Part shown: piece by piece, positions 51,474 through 64,000 of the stretch
Layout of the letters: every line of letters starts with the position of its first letter
Position numbering within the stretch: the stretch's first letter is position 1
Source of the DNA: Octopus vulgaris
Taxonomy: Eukaryota
Assembly (NCBI GenBank): GCA_951406725.2
Contig: OX597826.1
Span: 35,588,001 to 35,652,000, forward strand
Direction: 5' to 3'
DNA: 64,000 bases
Notes under the pieces: model-generated
Seen by the model: only the letters and a program-made list of their open reading frames with translations
What the model was told of the DNA's origin: nothing
Database searches by the model: none
Made by a program: the position numbers and the translations under genes

Positions 51474-53483
51474 GTTCGACCTCCTGAAACAACCAAAAAG
51501 GGACTGCATAAAAATCAATGAAAAACCTGCTAAAACTGACAAAAACGTAGAACTTATTTCATAACAGTCTACTATAATATATTGATAAAAAAAAACAATA
51601 TATTACACTAAAAGTTTAATATAGTACATTAAAGTCAGTGACACAAACTAGAGTTGTTGTCAAAAGACCACTTGGTTTCAAGTCATACTTTTATTTGCAG
51701 GTGAATGTAAGAAGTAAAAGAGAATTATTTTTGAAAGAAAACTTTGTACAAGAACAAGGATTTGGAATTTTACCTCTTGCAATAAATATCCTATTCATTT
51801 GTTTATTTTCTGTTATCTTAGGTAACATTTGAGTTACGACTTCATTTTTGTTTACTTTCTGAGAATTTTTCCCTATAATTCTCATTCAACTTTTATTACA
51901 GCGACCAATTCGCTTTCAATCTATTTGAAAACTAGGAATCCCGAAACCCCTTTCTTTTCCCTAATGTTTTTTTTTTTTTCACTTTATCTCTTTAAAATTC
52001 TTCCCCAGAGGAAGGAGCTAATTTCTAAGAGAGATACAAGGCTCCATCGTTGGAATATAGATATCAAATACTATGCCATATTTCAAACTTCAGAAAAACC
52101 TTGCAGATTTTATTTGTAATGCGTGAGTTTGCTGGTTGATTTCTTTTTCCCGAATCCCTAGCTTATCTAACATGCGTTGAAAGAGATTTAATGTATCTCA
52201 GGAGAGTCATTAGGCTGCTAATTAAAACATGTACTGCTTCTGTTTTATTTCTTTATTCTTTGTGAATTATTTTATTTTTAACCAACTAACTGATTGTTAA
52301 ATTAATCATTTCGTCAGTCAACTTAACTGAATGATTAATCAAACAATAAATTATTTAGGTAAATATTTAGCCAATTTACAAATAATACAGAAGTAAAGTT
52401 GAACCAGTAACATGTTTATTATTAGCATATTATCCCTCCCAAATACAACAATACAAACATATGTGTGTATATATGCATAACATCAACTCATTTTCCAAGA
52501 ATCCTGTATGAAAAATATAACAACTTTTGAATATGATGAGTTGGAAATCATGAAAAACAGAAGGCATAGAATTGTCAATGGATGTTGAAATAAGATTCTG
52601 GAAGTAAAATACAGTAGTTTGCATTTGATTTTCAAAGTTCTCTTCTAAAGGGTTTTTGGAAACCAATGAAGGTTTTTAAGATGCCACAGGCAAACTTGCT
52701 TTGGAAAGAAATTAAGAATGAAAGATGTATACAAGAACTAGCTAGAAGCTGGAAGAAAAAATAAAAGGTTTAAGGAAAGAATAGAAATACCTTCTTCATT
52801 TATAATACAAGACAGCTTAAAGAAATATTTCCAAGAGAAAAAGGCTTCCAGATTTTCCAAGATATAATAGTTTCATGTATAGTGATACATAACACATGGA
52901 TATATTAATCTACAAGCACATTTGAATACACATTCATACAGTACATACATACATACATACATACATACATACATACATACATAATACATACATACATACA
53001 TACATAATACATACATACATACATACATACATAATACATAATACATACATACATAATACATACATACATATATATATACACACATACACACACTCACACA
53101 CACACATGTGTATATATATATTTATATTCATACACACACACACACACACATATATAATGTTCCCACATGCATACACATATGCATATCTGCACACTCACAC
53201 ACACAAAGAAATTCAAAAACTCACATATACAGATATTCAATAGATTAAGTTTTTTGCCTGCAGCATCACAACATTTGCACATACTTTTATATTATATGTA
53301 CATTATGTGTGTGTGTGATCATCATCATCATCATTATCCAAATACTCATCATCATCACCATCTTCCATGCTGGTAAGGTCCAAGAAGCCAGAGGACTGCA
53401 TTAGTTTCTACTGTCTGGCTTGGCATGGTTTCTGTGGCTGGATGCTGCCCTTCCTAACACCAACCACTTTACAGGATGCTCTG

Positions 53484-53700
53484 TAGAAACGTTAGCACGT
53501 CGGGTGAAATGCTTAGCAGTATTTTGGCTGCCGTTACGTTCTGAGTTCAAATTCCGCCGAGGTCGACTTTGCCTTTCATCCTTTCGGGGTCGATAAATTA
53601 TGTACCAGTTACGCTCTGGGGTCGATATAATCGACTTAATCCGTCTTTCTGTCCTTGTTTGTCCCTTCTGTGTTTAGCCCCTTGTGGATAGTAAAGAAAT
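53484..53700 (+). mobile_element. Young SINE family A copy (tail ii) inserted in a family D copy
   Basis: CpG-rich; aggatgctctg / aggatactctg at 53473-53483 and 53701-53711. Confidence 0.9.
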
Positions 53701-54042
53701 AGGATACTCTGGCAGTTTTTTCTGTGACACCAGCACTGCGAAGATGACCAAGTAACTCACAACCCAAGATCCCCCACCATGATAGCTATGATAGTGTGGG
53801 GCTACAGTGTTGAGAGAATTAGCTTCTTATAAGTGTCAAAGGCTAAAGTCTGATAGAGAACAGGAATTTTGCTTTAGAGGATATACCTGGCTTCCCCAGC
53901 AAGAAAGATGGGAAGGGCAGTGCAGATAAGGTGTCTGAGGAAGGGCAGTGCAGATGAAATACAAGAACGTGGATAAAAAGAGAATAGGGACAGACAGTCA
54001 AGGATGGTTGGGTGAGGGTCACATGATAATTATTACCATCCT

Positions 54043-54511
54043 TTAAACCTTTGACCACCATCCTGGCTGAAACCGAATCTGGATCTGAGTACAAATGTCT
54101 TGTTTTCATAAGTTTTGAAATAAAAACCTAATCACAATTTATGTTCCTAACACTAGCTTAATGATAACTAAGTTATTTTTCTAAATTCTTTGTTACATTT
54201 GAAATTAATCGAAAGAAACACAGAGCATCTCAAAATAAATACAGTAACGAAGGGGTTAAAATATATAATAGAGAAACAATTCTTAACCCTTTTGATAGCA
54301 ACCTGGCTGAAACTGCCTCTGGCTCTGTAGTACAAATGTCTTGTTTCCATAAGTTTTGAATTAAAATCTTCCACTAAACTTTAGTCACCTTTTATGTTCC
54401 TAACACCAACTTAATGATAATTAAGTTATTTTACTAAATTTTTTATTATATTTAAAGTAATTGAAAGAAACTCAGAGCATATCAACAGAAATACAGTAAC
54501 AAAAGGGTTAA
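54043..54511. mobile_element. Two tandem piggyBac-like MITEs (54043-54259, 54283-54511)
   Basis: TTAA-(c/a)ccttt ... aaggg-TTAA ends on both; bodies homologous. Confidence 0.8.
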
Positions 54512-54905
54512 CATCAATATTTTCATATATAACCTTTAAACATCCATTTTTAAAATCCCCACTTTACGTTTATTTTTTATTTTACAGCTTTGATAATGAG
54601 TGGTGGAAAAATTGAAATTAGAACCGTTTTATGCCTCTTTTATTCCAGAAGAAAGGGCTAGTGCAAGGGTAGTGGCAAATGGTTAGCTCTATTTTATTCG
54701 TAATTACATTTAGAGTTCAAATTCTGCTGAGGTCAACTTTGCTTTTCATCCTTTAAGGGTCTATAAAATAATTACCAGTTATTCACTGGGGTTGATACAC
54801 TCAACTTACCTCTTCCCCACAAATTTCAGGCCTTGTGCCTAGAGTAGAAAGATTTATTATATATATATATATGTATATATAAATATATACTTGTGTGTGT
54901 GTGTA

Positions 54906-54950
<45 letters not shown>

Positions 54951-55062
54951 GCAATTTCAAAATAAGTTAATTAAAATCAAAATAAGCAACAGGGATATCC
55001 AGAGGTAATGCAGTACAATCGTTTCAAGCAACTCCATTTAATTGAACAATGCAATCATTACA

Positions 55063-55497
55063 TCAATTTAAATGCAGAGCAATGTATTGATTACCAGCCT
55101 CCAGCCTGTCGATAATTTGGGGCCCTAGTCTATGTATGAGTATAGCTTCCTTAATTCTTAAATTACCCAAATTTCTTGCATTGAACTCACTTGTGACTGT
55201 TATGCTTTTGTCAGTGTTCCGGCATCTGTCCAGATGTTTTCTGAAGGAGGAAGCTCTCATGTTCAGATGTTCTTTGATATGGACATGTAACGGTCTTGTT
55301 GTGCTACCCACATAGAACCTGTTGCATTTGTTACATTGTATTCTATACACAACATTTACCCATTGGCATAAATCTGTGTCACGGATGGGACAGTTTGTTA
55401 GTGTACATTGATTGTTGTCCCTTGTTCGTTTCTTATTGAGGTGTCCTCTCAGAGAGGGGCCGGAAGAATTTGAATAAGTAAAAGCAGAAGAGAACAT
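55063..55497 (-). pseudogene. Penelope-like element C-terminus: GIY-YIG endonuclease fragment
   Basis: Cys-rich linker, VVYRIQCNKCNRFYVGSTTRPLHVHIKEH, KEAILI; the usual R in RxxEH is H here (codon CAT); no RT attached. Confidence 0.9.
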
Positions 55498-56803
55498 TCA
55501 TATATGATGGAATGCTTCTTACAGTTTCCATCTATCAAATCCACTCGCAAAGCTTTAGTTAGCTGAGGGTTATAGAAGAAGAAATTTGCCCAAAGTGCCA
55601 TGCACTGAGATAGAACCCAGAACCACATTAAGTTTTATATTGACAAATGTGCTTGAGCGGTATGAATGTCACTCTTTAAACATTCGAAGCTGCTAAAAAT
55701 GCATTAAAAAGTTAAAAAAAGAAGGATGTCCTGAGACTACAAGCATTGTATATTACAAGTGAGAGTGACATACCATGTGCAATTAGATGCACATGAAAGT
55801 GTGCATGTAGAAGCATCTGCATATATACATACACACACACATGTATATATGCAGATACATTCATATATATATAAGTACATGTATACAGACACACAGGCCC
55901 ACATATACATACATACACCAGTAAATATATTCATACATACTCAGATGTACACATACATATACACACACCTAAATACATACACTCATACATATACAGCTCT
56001 ACAGACACGCACCAGTAGACACATTCAAGCATATTCACTCCCACATATATACACATGCACACTCTTTGAAATATATAAATACACACATACACACATAGCT
56101 ACACACACACACACACATGTACATATACACACATACACTCATACACCCACATACTACACAATAGCCAGTGTGATCAAGCGACTGTCATGTTTCTTGTAAA
56201 ATGTGCCATAACCAAACTAGAATTTCTGTCTTTTAGAGATTCCACAATACAGGAATTTACTGCATGGCATTAAAAGAGAGTAAGAGACATGAGGTCAATA
56301 GTTAGAACTGCTGGACTCTTTCAGTTCAACATCTTTGATCTCTTCAATTATATTCCATTCATTCTCATTTTCTGCTTTTTATGCGCCTTTAATTTCCTTT
56401 TGGATTCTTTGTTTTATTTACCATTTTTCCTATTCTCTAAATCTCTTCCATCTGCTTCTAACCTCAATTGTTGTTTCATACACTTCTCTTGACACTCACG
56501 CAGATGACATACACACACATTGACACATGTGCACGAACGCACACACACACATACACAAGCACACAGAAACACACACACACATACACATAATAACATTTGT
56601 ATGTTATGGGCATTCACATCTCTCTGCCAGCCTCTTTCTTTTCTCTCCCCTTCTCTTTCCTCTCTCCTTTTCTCTTTCTCTCTCCCCATTATATATATAT
56701 ATATGTATATGTACACACACACATATGTATAGAGAGTCACGCACAAACATACATGCGTAATATATATACACATATATACATATATACACATATATATAAA
56801 ATT

Positions 56804-56848
<45 letters not shown>

Positions 56849-56891
56849 TATAAAAATATACATACATACATACATACATATACACACACAC

Positions 56892-57054
56892 AGGTGCAGG
56901 AGATGCTGTGTGGTAAGAAACATTCTTCCTAACCACATGGCTCCAGGTTCAGTCTCACTGTAAGGCAGCTTGGGAAAGTGTCTTCTACTATAACCTCAGG
57001 CTCACCAAAGCTTTGTGAGTGGATTTGATAGATGGAAACTGAAAGAAGCCCATC

Positions 57055-57096
<42 letters not shown>

Positions 57097-57820
57097 TTCT
57101 TAAATGAGGGCAAAGGAAAAAAATTTCTAATGCCAAATATGCCGAAAAATTGGACATATTGTCCATTAACCATATAATTTTTTCACAATACACATGCTAC
57201 TCGAAAAAAGGTTGACAGAAATTTCAAAAAAATTCCATTATTACCATATCGGACCGATTTCAGAGTTAGCTACTAAGAGCCCTCTCTTCGTCAGTGATAC
57301 ATGTCGCAAAAGAAATAAATGAGATACTTACTCATACCCATGGAAGAAGCAAATACTAAGTCATGGGCACAACTAAGTACCCCAAATACATCCAAAATAG
57401 AAATACTCCAGCCCATTCGAGGCACGTGCGATTAGAACTGAGGTCCTCACAGAGTGAGTTAGTTAGTTCGGAAGTGAACGCTTAAATTTATATCAAATGT
57501 GAGGATAAAATTCTTTTCGAAAAAAAATATTTTCTCAAAAAAAATTTTATCAATGGCCAGCATATTAAAAAATACCTTTAACGGTTAAATTTATAAAAAA
57601 TTCATGTAGTATTTGTGTGTCTGTGTTTGTCTCCCAACATCGCTTGACAACCATTGATGGTGTGTTTACACCCCTGTAACTTAGCAGTTTGGCAAAAGAC
57701 ACCAGCAAGAATAAGTACTAGGCTTTAAAAAAATAAGTCCTGGGGTCAGTTTGTTCGACTAAAGGCAGTGCTCCACCATGGACACAACCAAATGACTGAA
57801 ACAAGTAAAAGAGTAAAAGA
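56892..57820 (+). mobile_element. SINE family B interrupted in its (TA)n by a ~520-bp PLE-type insert (57091-57610)
   Basis: Family B resumes at tttgtgtgtctgtgtttgtc after 57610. Confidence 0.85.
57242..57299 (-). ncRNA. Type-I hammerhead ribozyme motif, intact core
   Basis: tatca CTGACGA agag...ctct GAAA tcgg-t-ccga TA tggta. Confidence 0.7.
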
Positions 57821-57834
57821 GCATATATATATTA

Positions 57835-58157
57835 ATGCATGTGGCTTAGTGGTTAGGGTGTCCGGCTCATGATTGTAACGTCATGAGTTCAATTCCCGAC
57901 AACACACTGTGTCCTTGAGCAAGACACTTTATTTCACATTGCTCCATTCCACTCAGCTGGCAAAGATGAGTTGTACCTGTAATTCAAAGGGGCCAGCCTT
58001 GTTACACTCTGTGTCACTCTGAATCTCCCAGTGAACTATGTTTAAGGGTGTGCATGTCTGTGGAGTGCTCAGCCACTTGCACGCTAATTTCATAAGCAAG
58101 CTGTTCCATTGATTGGATCAACTGGAACCCACATCATCATAACTGACTGAGTGCCAC
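57835..58157 (+). mobile_element. SINE family C
   Basis: tggcttagtggttagg, gagttcaattccc, gtccttgagcaagacact. Confidence 0.85.
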
Positions 58158-58161
58158 CTAA

Positions 58162-58194
<33 letters not shown>

Positions 58195-58596
58195 CAAATA
58201 TATCTACTTACACTCATACATATGTATAAATATGTGTGTGTTTGTATGTATGTATACACACATATACACACGTACATCCACATAATATGAATGAATGTAT
58301 GATAGTATATGCTCTTTTGAGTGAGGGTTAATGACTAAATATGACTAAAAAATGGGTGTACATTTCTGTAGATGTATACGATTGTATATCTGTGAATGCA
58401 CACAGATGTGCTGAGATGTGATTTGTGTATAATTATATTGTAAATCTGAAAGCTTAAGATGTATACATGCATGTGTCCAAGTGTATAGACACTTGCACAT
58501 GTTTCTGTATACACACACATATATTTATACATGTTTATGTAAACACCAAAGTGTACATCTACATGTGTGTATCTATATGCTATATGTCATTTAAGT

Positions 58597-58895
58597 CAGT
58601 GCTACTCAAAGTGGTGGTCTGCAGAATCGGTGCCGGTCTGTTAACCATGAGCTGCTGGTACGCAGCGAGTTTCCAGAAAAGAAAGAAACATAAAATGCTT
58701 ATAAAATGCTTGTGTGATATTGTATTATTTGTTTACAAAATAAATATACGATAAAAAAATTGTCAACTTTTATTATATCCATTATATATATTGTTTTCGG
58801 TATGAATTATTATTAGAAAATATTACCGGTCCCTGGTACATTGAAAAAACAAAAAAAATGCCATTACGCCATATCAGATGGTTTGAGAAGCACAG
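58597..58895. mobile_element. hAT (Charlie/MER5-like) MITE
   Basis: TIRs cagtgctactcaaa / tttgagaagcacag; 8-bp flanks atttaagt / gtttatgt (6/8). Confidence 0.75.
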
Positions 58896-60039
58896 GTTTA
58901 TGTAGATTCCTATGTATTTATATATATTTACATGCATTGTATGTATGTACATGTCCACTGGCCATACATGTATATATACAGCACATGTGTTAACGATTTT
59001 AAATATGTATATTCTAGAGCACTATGTATCTATGTATGTGTATGAAATGTAGGTACACGTTCGCTGTACACATGTATGTATATATTCTTATAGACACACA
59101 TTTGGGTATACAAGAATGCATACTTGTCACATGTGCTTCAGATTTATATATCCAAACAGGTGCTTCTTAAACAAGCAATGAGAAGACATGTATAACACTA
59201 CCAATATTATTACTTCCCCAGGATCATAAGAGCTACTTTTTGGTTGAAATAAAAATGCACATTCTGACAAATGATTCTAAACATTGACAACCTGGAACAA
59301 ATAGTAAATCCATTTAGAGGTAAAATGTAAGTATTTCTTCTGTTTTATTCTGTACACTAAATTTTCATTCCAAAAGGGGTTTTTTTCTACTCAATATTTG
59401 CATGCTATTGTTTAGAGAATTTATGTACTTCGAAATCCAGTTCCTAGAAAGGAATAACTCTCTCTCCCTCTCTCTCACTCACACGCACACATACACCACA
59501 CATACAAATAGATAAAGAGATAAAATATAGAAAGCAAGAGACTGATAAGTGGATGGATGGATGGATGGAATATGAGTTGGATGGAAGAGAGGAGAGATGG
59601 ATAAATGGACCGATAGATAGATAGATAGATAGATAAATTTACAAGATTAACTGACTTTAAATACAATATGTCAAAGAAGAAAGGACAGTCATGGCTGAAT
59701 TGCTGGTTAAATGATAAATTCTCAACACATGGCAATACATCTCCCACCATGTTCAAATGCTGTCACAGAAGGTCTGTGGTTATAAAGCTACATGGAGCTG
59801 GCTATAAAACTCCTACGACAGTAAGTGTCTTACATATTCTACAAAATATTTAAATACACACAAATGCCATTATTTGAAAATACTTCTGGAAAGTACAAAG
59901 AAAATAACAACACAAACCACAACAACAACAGTGATATAGATAGAGAATAGTGTTTCAGAGAGAGTGAAATGATTTTCAAACATAGCAAGAATAATTGCAA
60001 GTATCTCACTTCTCTGAGAGACAGAAACAATAGAAATGA

Positions 60040-60187
60040 ACATTATTTACATTTGACGAATATTTATCCTCATTTTCTTTGCTGTTAACACAACATTTCG
60101 GCTGATATACTCTCCAGCCTTCATCAGGTGTCTTGGGGAAATTTCGAAACTAGGTTCTCATTCCTTAGATATTTTCCGATGTTGTTG

Positions 60188-60248
<61 letters not shown>

Positions 60249-60492
60249 TGTCACTGCCTGCGCTCTTAACCAATATGCCATATGCTCGTGGGCATATAAT
60301 AATAACAACAACAACAACAACAAAAACAACGAAAAATACCTTAGGAACAAGAACCCAGGTTTGAAATTTCCCCGGGACACCTGATGAAGGCTGAAGGGTA
60401 TATCAGCTGCAACCTTGTGTTAACAACAAACAAGATGAGGACAAATATCCATCAAATGTAAATATTGAACATAATTCCTCATCTCTTAAAAT
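60040..60492. mobile_element. Second inverted dimer of the tRNA-like + hammerhead element
   Basis: Left arm minus, right arm plus; atagaaatga at 60030-60039 and 60493-60502. Confidence 0.85.
60087..60132 (-). ncRNA. Minimal type-I hammerhead ribozyme motif, intact core
   Basis: gacac CTGATGA a ggctg gagagtatat cagcc GAAA tg TT gtgtt. Confidence 0.7.
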
Positions 60493-60692
60493 ATAGAAAT
60501 GATGTATTAGATCTAAAACGGATTCTGTTAGTCCAATATGTTGTTTTTTCCAATCTCTCAGCTGCAAGTTGCCAATAAACTACCAAGAATACAAAAATAT
60601 ATAACAGAGTGAACCATGGGTCACCAACACCACAAAACTATTAAAATTGAAAGACCATATTGGTATATATGGGGCATAATATGGTGGTGAGT

Positions 60693-60946
60693 GGAGGTAT
60701 GTGCCTTAATGGTTACAGTGTCAGACTCATGATTCTAAGATTGAGGTTTTGATTGTGGACCAGGTGATGCGTTATGTTCTTGAACAAAACACTTCAGTTT
60801 ATGTTGCTCCAGTCCACTCGGCCTACAAAAATTAATAAACCTACAATGGTCTGGCAGCCCATCCAGGTGGGGAATATGCATGCCATGGAAACTAGGAAAC
60901 TGGTCCTATGAATCTATATGACTTGGAAAGGACCTTTACTTTATTT
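60693..60946 (+). mobile_element. Decayed CORE-like SINE with (CTTTA) tail
   Basis: Related to 2790-3057. Confidence 0.65.
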
Positions 60947-61269
60947 GACTATATGCTGGTGTAGCAAATTTCAACTCTGTTAGTCCTTGTCACTTTATGT
61001 TAAGCCCTTCCAAACACCCAGATATATATATATATATATACAACTATCATGGGGCATTTTTCAGAATACCTTAAAAACATTCTCCCCTATTCACCCAAGA
61101 CAAACAAAAACTACATACATGATGAAAGGGGTGCAGTGTCATTCACCTCCTTAACAACGAACACTGTCCTAACATACACACTATGAATAGTAAGTACCAA
61201 GGGATGGTGACCATCATGCTCTGATCGAGTTAATCTTTCTTTATTAATTGATAATTTATATATGATTTT

Positions 61270-61492
61270 CTATCTACTTTTACTTCTTTCAGTCAGGAGG
61301 TGAGGCCATGCTGGGATACTGCAATTTTTGAAAATGCTAATTTATTCCATTCCAGTTCCCTTCCATGACCCTCTCTTTGGGTTTGGTTCTGGTGAATCAG
61401 TGAGTTGGGCAGAATTACCCTTATTTTCTTCTGGTATCTGATATAAGTATTTCTCTAAAAGTTCCTTCAACACATCTACAGAAGAATTAAAT
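61270..61492 (-). mobile_element. Decayed CR1-like LINE 3' end
   Basis: NSSVDVLKELLEKYLYQIPEE; tail cccagcatggcc..tgactgaaagaagtaaaag. Confidence 0.6.
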
Positions 61493-62931
61493 GCACACAT
61501 ACACACACAGAGTTTAATTCTGTTTGTTTTGAGGGTGTCTTTTTTTTCCTTCATGCATTCTTTGTAGTTTTGTGGGGAAACAAGAAAAAATTAACTTTGC
61601 TGAAATAGGAAAATAAAATCATAGTTGATTTTTCAATACCACATGTCAAAAACAAAAAAATCTATATTTCATAAAACACATACACACACACACACACACA
61701 TACATACTAATGTGTGAATTCATATTCATATGCACATACACATATGCATATATACATATGTTTATGTAAATGCATGTATGTATGCGTATAGCTGTTTATA
61801 TCTGTGTGTTGTGTATGTATAACTTTGCATGGCCATTCTTTTCTTAAATATTCAATTCTGCTAAAACTAAACAAGCCTTTATGGTCATAAGTTATTGCTA
61901 TATTTTACCATATGGTTCCAAGTATGAGGCAGAGAGACAGGCAAAGTTGTGCACTTCTGATATCCTGCAGAAAATTTCTGTAAATTGCATCACAAAAGAA
62001 AATTCATTTCGGTGTTGATATTTAAACCATATGAAAATAAGAAAAATAAGAAAAAAAAAAAGAAAGAAAGAAAGAAAAAATTATTACCCCGAAGCCAAAC
62101 CTCTTGCTGGTCATGCTCCATGTAGATTCCTTTAAAAAGTTCTACAATTAGAATTTTTCAAGATTATTCCTTCTTTGGAGAAACCAACCCAACCACTTCG
62201 CATGTCAAATTTCTCTGCTGGTCTTTGTTTCCTTTTTGTTTTGTTTCCCAGCCATTTGAGAATAAGCAGAATCAAATACAACACCGATATCCAAAATGAA
62301 AGGTAAGACTGCATGAAGAGAATGGCCTGCAGAAATTTTCTAAAGAGAGAATCAATAGAATTGTCACTGGAACAAGAATCTCTTCTATTTTCTTACAGGT
62401 TCTGTCAGACGCAGGATGACTTTTAACCGTTTCTTTCGAAGTATTATCATCATTAATCTCTGAGTGGTTATTCGCTAGCCTCATTCAACTGAAAGTGATT
62501 TCTTCAAGTGTTATTTCGAGCTAAGAGTCATAAATCTAAAAGTCATAAACTTTTCCATGAGCTGGCTGCATCGTACGTCTGTAACAAAGGTTGTACACAA
62601 ATAATATTATAATACATTACATGTATATTACATATAACAGCCAGCACAATGTTCAGAAATGTATGAAACAGACACAACTTTTACTTGTTTCATATGGCAC
62701 TAGTGTGTGTGTGTGTGTGTAGCTGTTAGAATGGGAAGAGCTTCTGAATTGATTTTCATGTTTGACTCTCCTATATATGCATGTATATGTACCTCAGTAT
62801 ATGCACATAAACTTCCTTATAGTTCCAACACTCTAGGCAATATGAATATATATATATGTATGTGTGTGTGTGTGCATGCCTGTATATATATATATGTGTG
62901 TGTGTTTGTATATATATATATGTGTGTGTTT

Positions 62932-62980
<49 letters not shown>

Positions 62981-62990
62981 AGTATACAAG

Positions 62991-63316
62991 AGCACTCCAT
63001 CAGTTACGATGATGAAGGTCCCAGCTGATATGATCAGTGGAACAGCTTGCACATAAAATCAACATGCAAGTGGATGAGTGCTCCACAGACACATGTATCC
63101 TTAACACAGTTCCCAGGGAGATTCAGCATGACACAAAGTGTGTGTGACAAGGCTGGCCCCTAGAAATACAGGTACTACTCATTTTTGCCAGATGAGTAGA
63201 CTGGAGCAACCTGAAATAAAACGTCTTGCTCAAGGACGCAATGCGTTTTTCAGGAATTGAACTCACAACCTTATGATTGGGAGGGAAATGCCCTAACCAC
63301 TATGCCACACACCTTC
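62991..63316 (-). mobile_element. SINE family C
   Basis: Homologous to 33898-34212. Confidence 0.85.
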
Positions 63317-63344
63317 ACTATGTGTGTGTATATATATATATATG

Positions 63345-63383
<39 letters not shown>

Positions 63384-63418
63384 ATGTGTGTATATATATA
63401 TATATATATATGGATGTG

Positions 63419-63467
<49 letters not shown>

Positions 63468-63500
63468 CATATGTATGGATGTATATATATATACATATAT

Positions 63501-63738
63501 AAATTATAATTAAGGGTATCTAAGAGATACCACCATGCTAGAAAATAGCAGCCAAAACTTGACAAAATAAACTAGCAAAAAATTACTGGGCAAATTGTCC
63601 AGTAATTTTTTGCTAGTTTATTTTGTCTCTTTGTCTTCTCTCCTGGTGCTGTATGAACATTTAATGTGGTTTTAGAGTCAAGTTTTGGCTGCTATTTCTA
63701 GCGTGGTGGTATCTCTTAGATACACTTAATTATAATTT
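63501..63738. repeat. Nested inverted repeats (outer ~62-bp arms, inner 33-bp arms)
   Basis: Outer 63501-63563 / 63677-63738; inner 63561-63593 / 63595-63627. Confidence 0.9.
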
Positions 63739-64000
63739 TAATAATAATTATTACCTTTGAAGTTTTTATTCCCATGCTGGCCACCTGATAAGATCGGTAT
63801 TTTAAATAACTTTCTTATCCTTATTTATATATATTTATGTATATATATACATATATGTTCGTATGTATGTATGTATGTATGTATGTATGTATGTATGTAT
63901 GTATCTATCCGCATGCATTTGCCAATATGTGTGTGTGTGAAGTTACATTTCTTATATACTTAATGTTGTTAGAATTATTTACAGAATTATTCTTATGAAA

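Noticed and set aside
59668-59826. Plus-strand ORF ending at a gtaagt donor
   Set aside because: No clear acceptor or promoter and no recognisable peptide

Overview
AT-rich eukaryotic DNA saturated with microsatellites and interspersed repeats. The repeat families and composition point to a coleoid cephalopod, most likely Octopus (inference). I found no convincing host protein-coding gene, so the window reads as intronic or intergenic; almost all ORFs in the track are microsatellite or SINE artefacts. Recognisable content: at least five SINE-like families; decayed non-LTR fragments (R4/Dong-type RLE, RTE, CR1/Jockey-like, an ORF1-like element); Penelope-like element (PLE) remnants (an RT fragment and a GIY-YIG endonuclease ORF); and mariner, hAT, piggyBac-like and Helentron-type DNA elements. 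The most interesting signal is a set of minimal type-I hammerhead ribozyme motifs from five unrelated small repeat families, three of them (48103, 57242, 60087) with an intact core and plausible helices. One family couples a tRNA-like Pol III promoter to a hammerhead and occurs as inverted dimers. There is also a perfect 227-bp inverted repeat and a triple nested insertion. All alignments and folds were done by eye, and repeat boundaries are approximate.
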